Counted from the stretch's first letter, positions 48,716 to 63,787 are shown. The stretch: 64,000 nucleotides of DNA from Chrysomallon squamiferum (GCA_012295275.1 CM022668.1:10912001-10976000), one strand, 5' to 3'. Translations and numbers: made by a program. The notes: generated by a model from the letters alone, not told the origin.

Positions 48716-49984
48716 AAACGGGAGTCATGCAGGGGGAACTTTGCACGCAGCTAGCTAACAATGTGTTTTGTGGGTTCGTTCTGTCTAATCCCGCTTTTAA
48801 AAGTTCCTCAAAGAAAATGTTAAAGTTCAAGTCTAAGTATCTGTACTAATTGTATAAACATTGTGCAAACATTGGGATTACAGCGATTAAACGGATTAAT
48901 TTGAGGTAAATTTTGTGTATATTCAGATCGCTTACAGTTGTATTACAGATGGAAGAGATAAGAGAACCAAAATAAAGTAATTTATAATTTTGGTTCTAAT
49001 AAAAAATGGTAGATATATGCATGAATAAATAATGTCTCTGTCATTCCAACAATATGTTCCTATTTCAGCATGCACAGACATTATTCTTAATTTGTGAATT
49101 AAATCAAATAACTAAACATACTTTGAAACAGTATTTAATATATTTCATTAAAAATGTAATAGTATATTTGAAAAGATGTTGTATTCTAAATTATTTTCTT
49201 GATAATACTTATTTGATTCAAATACATTTTGCCTCTTTCTGCAATATTTTGACATCATAACACAGGTAAATTACATCTAATTGCAAGAACAACAAATTAA
49301 CTATAACAATATCTGCTGTAAGTGTGAATAATTGTAATGAGCATTTTAAAAAAAGTCAAAATAGATAAAAGACACCTTTTAGAGTAGGAGCAGTAGCTTG
49401 TGTATGATGACTGTAGTGTTGTTTGGTGTGAAATGTCTTTATTAACTGTTAATTCGATTCACTGTACTTAGTGTTTAGATGCGTTTTTAACAAGATCTTC
49501 AAGGAATCAAAAGAAAAAAATGTGTTTCTGCAACTTTTTATTTTAACAGACGAACAGCAACATCGAGAAAGATATCAGATTTTTATTTCTTAATTTTTTG
49601 TTTTGTAACATATCATTAATGTTAAAAGAAAAAACAATTAATAATTCTGATATGAGACCTAACAGAAGACGTGACGTCACATTTTAACTCTATAATATTA
49701 CGTAATGGATTTTAAAAGTCAAATGGAATAGAAAGAATTCATAGTATTCTGTGACCTAAATACATCTGAGTTAGTCAGTTAAAGAGTCATTTTATAAGAA
49801 AAACAAAAGTGAATAATACGTTTGTGTGTAATATAATGAAACTAGATGTGGGAAACATGAAAATAGATTGCAATCTACTATGTGGCTCTTTGGAAGAAAT
49901 TCAATAGCATTCGTCCAATTCCGGTAAACAGGAGACAAGGTGTTCAATGGTTGCGTTTGTCGGTGGGTTCAGCTTTAGATTATC

Positions 49985-50045
<61 letters not shown>

Positions 50046-50632
50046 TTTATTTATTTAGTTATTTATTTATTACATTTTTTCAATGGATAGTCATGTTTTA
50101 TCAAAAACTATTTGCTGTGCAGTCTTCAGCTGATTATAGAGCAAGGTTAGTAAAGATGTGTCAGAATTTCGTTTTTAAAATTATTCTAATTTCATTCTTA
50201 TTCTTATATATGAGCTAACAACTTTTAAAATGTTAAAATGTGTTATTGATCGGTCAATTATTGTAAATGTTACGATTTTTTATTTTATTAAAAAGTTAGG
50301 ATTTATTATTATTTTTTTTATACAGATACATAGTGAAAAGTGTGACATTTTCTGGCAATCTCGTAGTTAACGCAATCATAACTTTCTAAGAATGAAAACA
50401 ATGTAACGGAATGACAATAATCGATAAAAATAGCTTGAGGTACCTTTAAAAAAAAATGTGTCAAATGGTTTTATTGTGGAAAATTTTAAAAAGAACAACA
50501 AAGCAACTGACACGAAATTTCACATACTTCAAGAAAAATTTCGTAACTAAAGTACTCTCATTGTTTCAAGAAGAACTTTAATCATCTTCGTAAATTGATC
50601 GTCTGGTTTTTGAAATAGCTCTTTTCTGCACT

Positions 50633-50673
<41 letters not shown>

Positions 50674-51760
50674 CTCGAAAATTCTACTCAGATGAAAACA
50701 AAACAAATAGAACGATGTTTGGCAAATTTCGAACTACGTCGCAAAAGTGTTCATCTTTATGCCTTTCTAAAATTTCAACCAGTTAGTACAGCGCAAAGAT
50801 ACTGACGCGCAAGGCAGAAAAAAAATGTGCTTACAGCCTTTCTAAGCGAAACTGTTCTGACGTCAGGGCCTCATTCTGGCATACCTACTTAGTAAATATA
50901 AATATTTTAATAAAAAATAATATCTGCAATGTTTAGGTATTTCGCCATTTTCAATTTTATTTATCAATTATGTTAGTTTAATTATTATTTTGAATCGCTC
51001 CTACTCGGGTAAATAATACTAAATGCGTTTATGTGTGTACGTCTGTGCAGTGTTTGTTTAACGCGATCTCCGTATAATAGGCCTCCTGCAACGACTACTT
51101 TTCCCTAAACAGTGAACAAATATGGCTGATTATTATTATTATTATTTTTTTACTATTATTATTTCTAATGATACATTCGTGTAGCCATGTCATAACTGTC
51201 GAAACAAATCCAGTTTGCTACTTAATATTTTCAGATTTTAAGTTTATTCTGACATCCATAAAATCGCAAAATAATTGTGAGCACTGTCATTTCAAATGAA
51301 CACATCAAATCAGAATTTCAAATTATTTCGCTCCAGCAGAACCTGTCAGAGTAACACAAGACATTTTGTTCGATAAGAACTATTTCTGTTTACTGACAGT
51401 CTCATCTTGTTCAAGATGCTGCATAGTCTGCATGCTAAACAAGATGTTAGATAACGATAATATTTTGAGCACTTAGAAGATGAGGATATTGTTTTTTTTC
51501 CACTAGACAATGTGGACATGGAAATTTTTATCAGTTTCTGTTTCGCTTGGTCTCATCCGAGTTAAAACGCTGGTCGAAATACCTTCGAACGGAATGTTAT
51601 TGATAGAGTCGATTTCAACATCGTCGAGGGAAAGTCGTCTGCGACCACTGAAAAGACTAACCGTACGAAAAGTTAGCGTCTGAAGTAATATCGAGCGAAA
51701 ATTCAAGGTTGGATGAGAAAAAGTGTCAAATTCGACTTAATTTTTTATATAAAAAATTAG

Positions 51761-51815
<55 letters not shown>

Positions 51816-52662
51816 AATACACACACACACATACTTCTATTTCATTGTGCATTCGTAGTTCTACATTTTCAGAAAACTATGATGTATGTATTCACTTCGT
51901 ACTTAAAGGAATATATCAGTTCTTGGACAAGGGGAATGACTCGTGTTTTGTAAAAGCTAGAAAGACTGGAGATATATGTTTCAATTATTTATACTGTACA
52001 TTTATTTTCGTCTGATTTCAGTGGGTAATGCTAGGCGTCGTTAGTAGGGTTTAATTTACATTATTTTCGGATGTGATTTGTTACAGAATGTGGTTTTTGT
52101 TCTTGAATATAACCCAACGTACGCCTTCTTGAACTGTTGATATTTGTTTATTTGTTTATTTTGTTCGGGCTCTCGCCTTTCAGAAACAAAAGAGTTTATT
52201 CCGATTGGTTTTATTTAGGCGTTTATTTTTAAATGGCGGAACCTACTATTGTTTACGAATAAGGCATAAGTGTTCATTTTTTTATAAATAAAAAATGCGG
52301 GTAAATTTCATTTAATTATAAAACTGACGATCACAGTAACTGTATTTAGTTATTCACAAAATACAACAATTTGTCACATTGTAATTTTCTGACCTTTTGC
52401 GGCATTTTCACCGACTTTTCTTGTCTATAAATAAAATTGATGACAATTACATACTTTTTAAATAATGTTTAGAAAGCTGTCTAATTTCTAAGGAAATTCA
52501 AATCCAATACTATAACAATTACTGGTTTTGCGAGTGTGGTCGTCAAAACATATTACACAGTTCCATTAATTTCTTAGAACAAGTCAGCACAAACAGTTTT
52601 TAACCAAAAAAAAAATATATATATATAAAAAATAATAATAATTATGATGATGATGATGATGA

Positions 52663-52725
<63 letters not shown>

Positions 52726-55209
52726 ACAAACAAACACACAAACAAACAAAAGAACAAATCAATAAATAAATACATAATTAACTCTGGAGTCTGGACAGAA
52801 GCACTACTGATTGAGTGCAGACTGTGCACCTTTCGATTACGAATAAATTAAACTTTGATAAAATAATCCGCCTTAGTGGATTTCGATAGAAAAAAAAGAA
52901 GAAAAAAGACTGAAACTTACAAAATATCAAACAATGCAACAGCTACTAAGTTAGTATATGTGTATAATCAAACTTCATTTCAAAGATACACCACGTATTA
53001 TAACCGAACTCATTTTTAAGGTACATCAAATTTTATAACAAAATTCACTTCTAAGGTTCACGCATTGATAGCCAAACTCTGTTGAGTGATACTCATAATA
53101 ATAAAACAAACAAACAAACAAATCAATAAAATAATAATAATAAAATGTAATTCGTTAGTACAAGGTAGCCTAGGGACAGAGAATATCTATCAGTGCATAC
53201 GTTTTCTCCGGTTAGCCGGGTAATTTATGTTAATTTACGTTAATGTAATGAAGTAACGAGTTTGTTTGGATGACATCTGAAAAGAATAATGTTGCAGCAA
53301 TGCGAGTCTTAATCTGTGTTCATTGTCGAAGTTACATTTTATTATGTAATACATGTTTTGGATTTAAATCGACGTATTTTTACCCATATTAAACATGTTA
53401 TCTTTGTGAACAGGAACTGTCTGTTTATTTTATTTATTTTATTTTTATAGTATTATCATGCATGGACGGACATCAGCTAATGTGTATAATTTTAAAGAAC
53501 ACGCTTTTGTCCAAGCTACTCATATGTTCTGTTACGAACGTGAGTCCTACGAGTTCATCAAACTAAACAAAGTACTTTCTGTCAGGTACTGCTGTCTGTA
53601 TTTACTCTATTTATATCCTTTGTTTACTCAGTATTATAACTAGATAAAAAGCACAATTTAGAACATCATAAAATCAGTTTTTTAAATTTAAATTTGAATT
53701 TTTGAGTAATGTAATTTACTTGTGTAAATTAACTGAAATTTTCTCATTAATTTCAGCATTGTTATCGTCATCACAGTGACAGTTAGACTTTCAGTATTTG
53801 TAAATTAACTAACCATTAACAATTAAATGTTGAATTAAGTAAATAACGTAGCTCAGTGGTACAAAATTATTATAAATAACTTGTTAAATAGACTACCATC
53901 TGTTTTTTATTCTTGTCTTTGTTCTTATTATTTTCGTATCAAGAATAATTAAACAGAAACTGCTATTTAAGATATTACAAACTGAAACATATTTGTATTC
54001 GTGAAATGAATAGTGTAGCTTAGTTGCAAAGTTTATTTAAAGTTAGTCATTAGTTGTATTATCGTTATGATTATAATCAATAGAGTCACAATCATACTCG
54101 TATTTAATTTTTCTGTACTCTTTAGAGTTGATCACTAAAAATAACGTTTTATTTTTAGTGCTAAAACTTAGAACACACATATTAGAGATAAATTAAATTA
54201 TTAAATTAGTTTTCCTGTTTTTCAGTTTTGTTGATATGGTGATAACATTAACACACACACACACGCACGCACACACACGTACATACACACATACAATAAT
54301 TACTTACTGTTGTTGTTGTTGTTATTGTTATCATGAGCATAGAAATCAAACTTGCTGTTCTGTTTCTATACAGAACTGCCAAGAAAAAAGAAATAGGGGC
54401 TTCTGTATTCTAGAATACTTAAGTAATACTTAAGTTTGTGACAAAGACAAGGGTTGAAACGTTATGGTATATTTTGTACCTTTCAACTGCCGATTTAATA
54501 GATTGTTAAAGAAGGGGATCGACTCTTCCTCTTATGGTCGCAACAATACTAGAACAACTGAGTCAACATTATTTTAGTGCATGAAGTTATTTAATTTGGT
54601 TTCAGAGACACTTTCTCTATAAATGATCAACATTTAGCTTATTTTTTTCTGATTACCGGCTTGCTAAAATTGGATTACTCTATCGTTCTCTCCATCCATC
54701 ATTATATTTCTCTCTGCACTAAAAACCCCACAAAAAAACAAACAAAACAACATCAATAAAAAATAACAAATGACAAAACAAAAAAAACAAAAACAAAAAT
54801 GAACAACAACAAAAAATAAAATAAATAAATACACAAATAAACAAACAAACAAAAAAAAAAATAAATAAATAAAAACAAAAATAAAAATAAAATAATGGAT
54901 TTCACCATACAACATGGCTGCGACCCCGTTAAATAATGTCTGGTAACAGACTGTTTACGAGTGTGTTGTACATTTGCTCCGTTTTGGCAACTTCAACCTG
55001 CAGCCTATATTTATCCTGAAGCATCTTAAACCATACTACTACTACTATTACTATTACTACTACTACTACTACTACTACTACTACGTTGCCTGCTGCTGCT
55101 ATTACTACTACTATTTCTTTTACTACAATTACTACTAATAATAATAAAGAAAAAAAACACCTGTAAAGTAAAGACAAATATTTGTGCAATGTTTTCAACA
55201 TTGTCTTCA

Positions 55210-55835
55210 ATGTACAACATGTGCGAAATTCAAACTTAGCTGTAAGGTACAACATGTGTGATATTCAAACTTAGCTGTAAGGTACAAGACGCGTGATAAC
55301 CAAATTTAGCTGTAAGGTACAACATATGTGATATCCCAACATATCTGTAAGGTACAACACGTGTGATATTCAAACTTACCTGTACGGTACAACACGTGTG
55401 ATATCCAAACTTACCTGTAAGATACAACACGTGTGATATCCAATCTTAGCTGTAAGGTACAACTCGTGTGATATTCAACCTTATAGATGTAAGTTAGAAC
55501 ACGTGATATCCAAACTTACCTGTAAGGTACAACACGTGTGATATTCAAACTTAGGTGTAAGGTACAACACATGTGATATTCAACCTTAGCTGTAAGGTAC
55601 AACTCGTGTGATATCCAAACTTATCTGTAAGGTACAACAGTGTGATATCAAAAATCAGCTGGAAGGTACAACACGTATGGTATCCAAACTTAGATGTAAG
55701 GTACAACTCATGTGGTATCCAAACTTAGGTGTAAGTTACAACACGTGTGGTATCCAAACTTACCTGTAAGGTACAACACGTGTGATATTCAAACTTAGGT
55801 GTAAGGTACAACATGCGGTATTCAATCTTAGCTGC
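55210..55835. repeat. 35-bp minisatellite, ~18 copies
   Basis: Unit aaacttagctgtaaggtacaacacgtgtgatattc; period 35 (e.g. caaac at 55231 and 55266). Confidence 0.93.
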
Positions 55836-56755
55836 ATGGATACAGGAACACACACACCCACGAACAGACACATATATATGTGGATACATACTTATATACA
55901 CACACACAAACATACATTTATACAAAAATATATACATACGTACATAAACCCATACATACATCAATACATACATACATATAGACAGACAGACAGCCACACA
56001 CACATACATACATACATATATATATACACACATAGGTACATACATACATACAAACATCCACAAACTCACATTTACGCACATATACAGTCTTTATGTAGAT
56101 TCTTACATGCATATAAATTTAAAAGAGAACTTTTACAATAGTTTACTTAAGAACAGTTACTTATATATAGGTGTCAACTCCAGAACGTTTGCTTATTAAT
56201 GTACGGCAGTGTTCAGAAACAAAATCACGGAGCTTGACCAGACAATAAATATTGATAAACTCAGTTAATATTAGCAACAGCCTATAGTTTATGTTATTAT
56301 AAGAAATACTTAATTTGTTTATCTCTACAGAAAGCAATCTGCATACTGTGACATACAGTGAGGGTACAGAATGGTATGGACAGATTTGATTAATTCCGTG
56401 TTTTAATGACTGAACTTTTAATTCAAGTGACACATACAGGAAATGTAGAATTTGATTATATCTGTGGAAAGCAATCTGCATACTGTGATATCTGTTGATG
56501 TTCAGCCGTATTTTAATGGCTGAAGGTTAAACTCAAGTGACGCTTGAGGAAAATAAAATCAGTGTGTATAAATGTTTGTTCTATTATAGTATCAAAAGTC
56601 GAGCTGTTCATTAATTTGAGAGTTGTACCAGATGCTAAGTGATATACTAAACGTGTCAAGGGTGGTTATATCTAATTAACCTTCAATAACCTGAAGAATC
56701 CAAATAAATCCGATATATTTTTTTTGATTTAGAAATATAAATAGTCATAGTAGAA

Positions 56756-56822
<67 letters not shown>

Positions 56823-57731
56823 TGATTATGATGATCATGATGTTAAAGTAAAAAAAGAAATCCAAAAAAGAAAAGAAGAAAAAAAGCAGATAAACAGTAT
56901 TTTATATGTTTTAACAACCCAGTGAAAAAGTATGCAGACACCAAGTAAATTTTGTTTTTAAGCTGTAACATATATCATAAGAAAATGTTGTTCTAATCTG
57001 TTTCATACATTACTTTAAAAAAAAAAAAAAAAACAAAATAAAAAAAAATGTTCTGTTGTAACGTGCAATAGAAGAAACTGTTCTAAGCTGTAAGACACAC
57101 CGTAAGAAAACTTGTCTAAGTTGTAACATACACAGTAACAAAATGCTGTTCTTAGCTGTAACATACAGTATAACATTTTCAAAAAGTTGAATAAACTAAA
57201 CATATAAGAAATAAGATAATTAATACATTTTGCTTATTTGACAAATTAATTCGTGTATACAGTTACACCCAGCGTCGAAAGAATTTATGAAAAAGTTGAA
57301 AAACGAGATATAATGTTATTTCCTTGTTAGTTGTTTCATGTATTTGTTGATGTCTAAAACATCTGAAGGGTTTTAGTCAGACGGTAACTCGTGACAACAA
57401 ATATTGTATATTTTAAGTTGAAAGGTAACTCGTTTCTAATGCAACAATCAGAACAGATATTCTTTTTCTTGATTTTTGTTTGCTGCATTTGTTTTAACTA
57501 GTTGTCCGTGTTTGTCTGTTTGTCTTTGTTTCTCTGCGTATGCATGGGCTGTTATTATAGATTTGAAAATGAGCCAGTCGGCTAAGTCATAAAGGCAAGG
57601 GAAATATATCAAACTGTTTTTATTGGCAACTGATACTTGTTTAGTTACAAGGTCGTTTCATAGAAATTCAATCAAGAGAAATAGTTTTACGAAAGTGTCT
57701 TCCTGAACAGTGTAACTTTATTTCACTAAAC

Positions 57732-59377
57732 ATGACAGAGAAGAAAATTGTGTCTAAAATTTTCTTATTTCAGTGTTTTGTCCTCCTCGTTTCGTCTCCT
57801 GCACCGAGAATCCCCAGCAGTAAGGTTTCGTTTATTATTTGTATTTAAACAGCAGTAAGATTTCTTTTATTGTATTTAAACAGCAGTAAGATTTCTTTTT
57901 GAAATATTTTTAATGAAACAGAAGAGAAATTTCGTTTCTTATTTATACTTAAACACCGTATCTTTCTTTATTTTTAATTTATATTTTTTTTTAATTTTTT
58001 TATATTTATTTTTTTAGTTTTAATTTAATTTATTTTGATTATTATTATTATGTTTTTGTTTTTGTTCAATTTAATTGGCAGAGGAACATTGTTTATTTGC
58101 TTTATTATTTATTTAAGTTACAGTAACATATTTTTGGGTGTTTTATAAACTTTCTTTTTGCAGCTTTACCTGGTTGTGAATATATATTTATTCCATATAT
58201 ATTTGGAAATGACTTATTTGTTGCAATGGGATCGAACGCGACTCTTGAAGACTGCACACTGCTGTGTGACACACAAAACGGCTATGATAACAAAACGTGT
58301 ACTGCTGTAGAAACCTATTTCGGTGCATGCTACATGTATTCATCCAATTACCCTATCGGGTTCGACGATTCCTCATTACTCTACGTAAAAGTCTGCGACG
58401 ACGGTAAGAAATTATATTGTGAAATATTAATATTGATTTAACTTACATGTCAGCTTATATGAGCGTTGATTTTCTCTCTAAGGAAAATTCTTTTATCGTT
58501 AAAGGTCCCAGATAGTTGTAATAAATGCACTAATACTCTTTTTTTGTTTGTATTTTCTTTTATGTTCAAGGTTGTTTTTTTTTTTTTTTTTTTTTTTGTA
58601 GCATTCGTTATTTGAAATATTGATATATATGTATATAACAAAAAAACATTTATCTCAAGCATTTGTATTCAGTTATTACTAAAATCATTTACCTCGATTG
58701 TTCCTATTCTAATGTCACCGACAATATTTCCATTTCTGTTTGAATAAATCTACTGCTATTTTATATAAGAAGAAACACTTCTCTCAGCAGTCAGTGAAAA
58801 GAAAATTATTTATATTTATGTTTTTCTATAATCATGTTATTTACTCTGTTACAGGTACATGTGGATTGCCCTGTGCAAACGGCGCCAGTGTAAACTTTGA
58901 GGACTGTACTTGTTCTTGTGTGGAATGCTGGGATGACATTCTCTGTTGTGCGCTTTCCTTTTTTCACTTAAAAATGATTCACGTTACAGTTTTTAAAACA
59001 AAGATAACTAAATTATGAAAAATTAAATAAATCAAACCGAAATGTGCAAAAGATAAATAATGTTTTACTGCCATCTGATCAGACCTGGGTTTTACACTAT
59101 CATATAAGTAATCGTTTTTATAGCACCACAAATACCAGTTATTCAAGGATTTTTCGTCTTTTTCTCATTGCGTTTCGTCACAAATTAATTGAAATATAAA
59201 GTACTAGCATTTTTCAGAACTGAGTAAACGTTGAAAGTCAGATTAAATAAAGCATGAGGAAGGAAAAGATGGCGTACTCTCTGTGATGGAACATATAACG
59301 TAATAGGTTCTGCTCAATTACTGTAGAAATCAGATTACTGTGAGGAAAATAGAAATGAAGGAAACATAGAAACAAAG

Positions 59378-59439
<62 letters not shown>

Positions 59440-59705
59440 GTCAGTCATTAATTCATTCATTAGATATCCAAATTCAAATATTACTAATGAAAATTTCTTT
59501 TCATTTGCAGTGCTAATAATATTATATTGCAAATCATATATGTGTTAATCGTGTTAAAAAGCATAAGATATATATATATATTTATATTTTCCTTTTTTTA
59601 CTAAATTGTTCCCATATATCAAAATAATTGGATCTTACTAAACAAACTAGTATTTGAAATGCAAATGAATTAGTAATGAAAACAGTTCTTAAAATAATAA
59701 TAATC

Positions 59706-59765
<60 letters not shown>

Positions 59766-61232
59766 TAGTATAATCATAAAGAGATACCAAATATGTTGAA
59801 ATGGTACTCAAGCCATGTCCTTGGTATAAAACAAAAAACAGACAAAAATGAAAAATAGAAGATATTTATTATTTGTTTTCAAATAACAATATAACCAAGA
59901 CAACATAAGAAGAAGAAAAATAATAATTTTGCCCAAATTTATTTCCACGCAGTTACAACTACTCAAGAATGCTACAATGGCGGCATCCTTAATGGCTGTG
60001 ACTGTTCATGTTTGAACAACTGGGAAGGAAACTCGTGCGGTAAGCATGCTTATTAAATAGCTGACTTTCTAACTGTTTGCGACAATGAAACAAAAATCAC
60101 TGGAAAACCCCCAGAAAAAACCCAAACAAGAAATGATAAGAAGTTAATACAAAATTCACTCTTTTCACTCTTTCTCATGGTGATTAATACAAGCAATGTA
60201 TAGATAATTATCAGTGTATTTCAAGACAGAATAAAATTTTGGCAACAGTTTCCTGGAGAAAAGAACCAAAACATAGTGAGACCGAGACTTTCTCTATTAA
60301 ACTACTTCAAATGGAATATTAGAATGATTAAAAAGAATAAAGTGGATGATATTAGTAAATTATTTTAAAATAACCACTATAATATATTGAAATAATGATG
60401 CATATAGCAAATTTATTTAGTTTTTGTTTATTAATTAATTTATTTACTAAAATTCAGAGCTATGCAATGCAGATTGTTTCAATGGCGGCACAGTTGACGA
60501 AAGTAACTGTACCTGTTCCTGTATGAACAGCTGGGAAGACAATTTCTGTAGTAAGTTTTATAATTAATTAATATGTTGATACACAGAGAACAAATTGTTA
60601 AAAATGCTTTGGTAAATAAGGTATACGAAAACTAACATTTATATTTTATTTATTTATTTATTATTATTTTTATTATTATTATTATTATTTTTTTAATATT
60701 TACTTACTATTATTTATCCATTAATTATTCATTTATTTCGAGATGTGTGTTATAACAATTGTTCCATCGGAAGCGTTTTTAACGAAATTGAATGTAGCTG
60801 TTCTTGTCTGGACAACTGGGAAGGAGATTTCTGTAGTAAGTATGTGTTATAATTAGTTAATAACTTAATTTCTTCTTGGTACAGCAGTACTGGCGTTATA
60901 TCATTTTTCATTTGAATTGTTGACTTTCTATAACTAATTACCATCATCCACCAACATCAAAAGACAAATACACAACCATGCACACGCACAAACAGAGAGA
61001 AAAATACGACTACCAAACTGTGCTTCTTAAACGACCTTAACCAAACCATCCGATAATATCTTCTCATCTTTGCAAAACAGCTCATTTACTTATCAAACTG
61101 ACAAGCTAACAACATTGTTTTCTTGGTTTAGAAGTTATTATTTTCATTACATTTTTACCATGTATCAAAATAATTGGATCTTAATAAAACAAACATCAAC
61201 AAAAAACCCACCAAAACAAAAATAAATAAATA

Positions 61233-61305
<73 letters not shown>

Positions 61306-61449
61306 TGAAGAAGAAGAAGAAGAAAAAATCAAAATCAAAATATGTTAAAGTAATATTTAAATGTTGTTAATGTTAATAAAACGACCCAGACAAAACAGGA
61401 ATATAAAGAATAGAAATTAGAAAAAACAGAAGAGTTTAGGGACTTATTC

Positions 61450-61491
<42 letters not shown>

Positions 61492-63624
61492 AAGAAAAAA
61501 GAGAAACGTTTATATCTCTAACAGTTTATTTCAATCCAGATGTGTGTGCTGCAGAATGTTTTAATGGCGGCACGTTCAATGAGAATGACTGCAGCTGTTC
61601 CTGTGTGGACAACTGGGGAAGAAAATCATGTAGTAAGCATATCTGACAATTTAGATCACTTTTTAATTATTGGCTAATTAAAATAAAATAAAAAGATATA
61701 TATATATATATAAAGTTAGCAATGAAAAAAAAAAAGACAAGAAATAACAAGAAGTTAATTAAAAACTCACTATTTTCACTTTTCAAATGGTGTTTTATAC
61801 AAAAAGTGCATAGATAATTATCAATGTATTTGAAGAAAAAAGAATATAACACAGTTTCAGCAGCAGTTTCCAGAAGTCAAAAGGTTTAAAGGATGCACAG
61901 TGAGATTTAATCTTCGGAGAAAATTATTTAAAATAAGAAATAAATGAAATAAATAAAAAAAGACAATGAACTGAAGATATGAGGGAATTATTTTAAAATA
62001 ACAGCTATAAAATATTTTAACTCTTTCTTTTTTTATTTTATGATTTAGTTGTTTATTTGTTTGTTTGTTAATGTATCTATCTTTTCAAATTCAGATGAAT
62101 GCGTTGATGATTGCATTCCTGGAGGCACGTTAAATGGAACTGATTGCAGCTGCTCTTGTCTGAACAACTGGGAAGGAGATTTCTGTAGTAATGTATTTTT
62201 GTTCATTTGTAATGTTAATACGTAAAGATGAAACTCTAAAATGTTTCGATATTCAATGCCTGTTTTATTATTATCATTCTTTTCCTTTGCATCAGATACG
62301 ATTATGTATGCCATAACAATTTGTATTTATTTATTTATTTGTTTCCAGATGTTTGTGATACAGGATGCAACAACGGAGGAACTGTTATTGAAGCTGAGTG
62401 TAGCTGTTCTTGTTTGAACTACTGGGAAGGAAATTCCTGTGGTAAGTTATGTATTTTTATTTTATTTTATAATGGTATGTGTGTTTACATAGAACTTAAT
62501 AAAACAGAAGGAAACGTTATTAATTAGAATCGTTGGTTCTGATTTATGTAACGAACCACTGACACTATGACTTTTTTTTTTGTATTATTATTATTATTTT
62601 TTTAAATCTGTTTCTTATTATTATCTTAGTTCTTGTTTCTTCTTTCATGGAAGTTCTGTTATTCACATACAACTTATATACTTTCGTATATTTCAATCTT
62701 ACACTAGTAAAAGAGTTACGAAAAACATAACGGACCTAATGGGCTTCATAAAGGACCTTAGAAAATATAGTTTGAATATAGATGATCTATACCAGATGGA
62801 TATAATGCTAAGAACCTTTTCTTCCTTTGTTTACTATTATCTTCATTTAGCGCTCACCATAATATCAAAATCTGTGCATCTCTGTGTTTATCAGTGTGTT
62901 TATAATAACATAGTTCAACATGGTTGTTTATCCGTGTGTTCATTCTCGTTCAAAACTTACATATCATTTTAATTTTTCTGGAAATATTGCGAACTTTATA
63001 CCAAGTTTCACGTTTAAGCAATGACAGGCTGCGAGTTTGCTGAGTTGGCATTTCTAAAGAACCGCTTTCTCTACCGCACGTCTCAATCATTTGTCATTTG
63101 TGAGAAATCCTGATTGTCTAACAATTTATTTAAACCCAGGTCAATGCACCGTAAAATGCGACAACGGCAGATATTTGAACAAAGTGGACTGTAGTTGCCA
63201 TTGTCGGAATAACTGGGAAGGAGAGTTTTGTAGTAAGTATATTTGATAATTCATTAACAAGATAATGCATAAACAATGAAATTTAAAAGAAGAAATAAAC
63301 GAAAACACATTTTATCTTTCCATCTTTGCTCTTACAACACATACTTTTATTTATGCCACAGCAGTCATTTGTTTGTTTGTTTCTTTTTTTCCAGATATAT
63401 GTGATGTTGAATGCTACAATGGAGGCACACTGAACGAAATTGCATGTATCTGTACTTGTAGAGATAACTGGGGAGGAAAGTTTTGTGGTAAGTTAATCAT
63501 ACAGAAGCAAATGTGAAATGTTTGGAAGAAATAATAGGAAAGAAATCGAAAACAATTTTCTTTACAAAATAATATAAAAAAGTTTTATTACTGTTTTCTT
63601 ATTTATTTCTTTTCTATTTTTTTC

Positions 63625-63666
<42 letters not shown>

Positions 63667-63787
63667 TATATTAAAATCAATATTTTAAAATTAGCTGAAT
63701 GCACTAATAAATGCTACAATGGCGGCACCATGAACGAAACTGACTGCAGCTGTTCTTGTTTGGAGAAGTGGGGAGGAGACGTTTGTA
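57732..63787 (+). CDS. Gene C (3' incomplete): probably secreted PAN/apple domain + at least 10 tandem EGF-like modules
   Basis: Exons 57732-57819 (signal-like; ATG tentative, internal acceptor also possible at 57774), 58164-58403 (PAN/apple: TLEDCTLLC...CTAVE...CYMY...LYVKVC), then EGF-like exons 58855-58947, 59953-60039, 60458-60550, 60743-60835, 61540-61632, 62095-62187, 62349-62441, 63140-63232, 63395-63487, 63695-63787. These are 93 nt (one 87 nt), phase 1-1, consensus C-x3-C-xNGGT-x5-CSCSC-x3-WEG-x2-C. No stop reached in the window. Confidence 0.85.

Noticed and set aside
54929-55024. Short minus-strand frame MLQDKYRLQVEVAKTEQMYNTLVNSLLPDII, faintly like a cyclase signalling helix
   Set aside because: Only 31 codons, ends in a stop, and has no partner exons.
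55210-55835. CRISPR-like regular 35-bp periodicity with palindromic cores
   Set aside because: Units are contiguous with no unique spacers, there are no cas genes, and the context is eukaryotic; it is a minisatellite.
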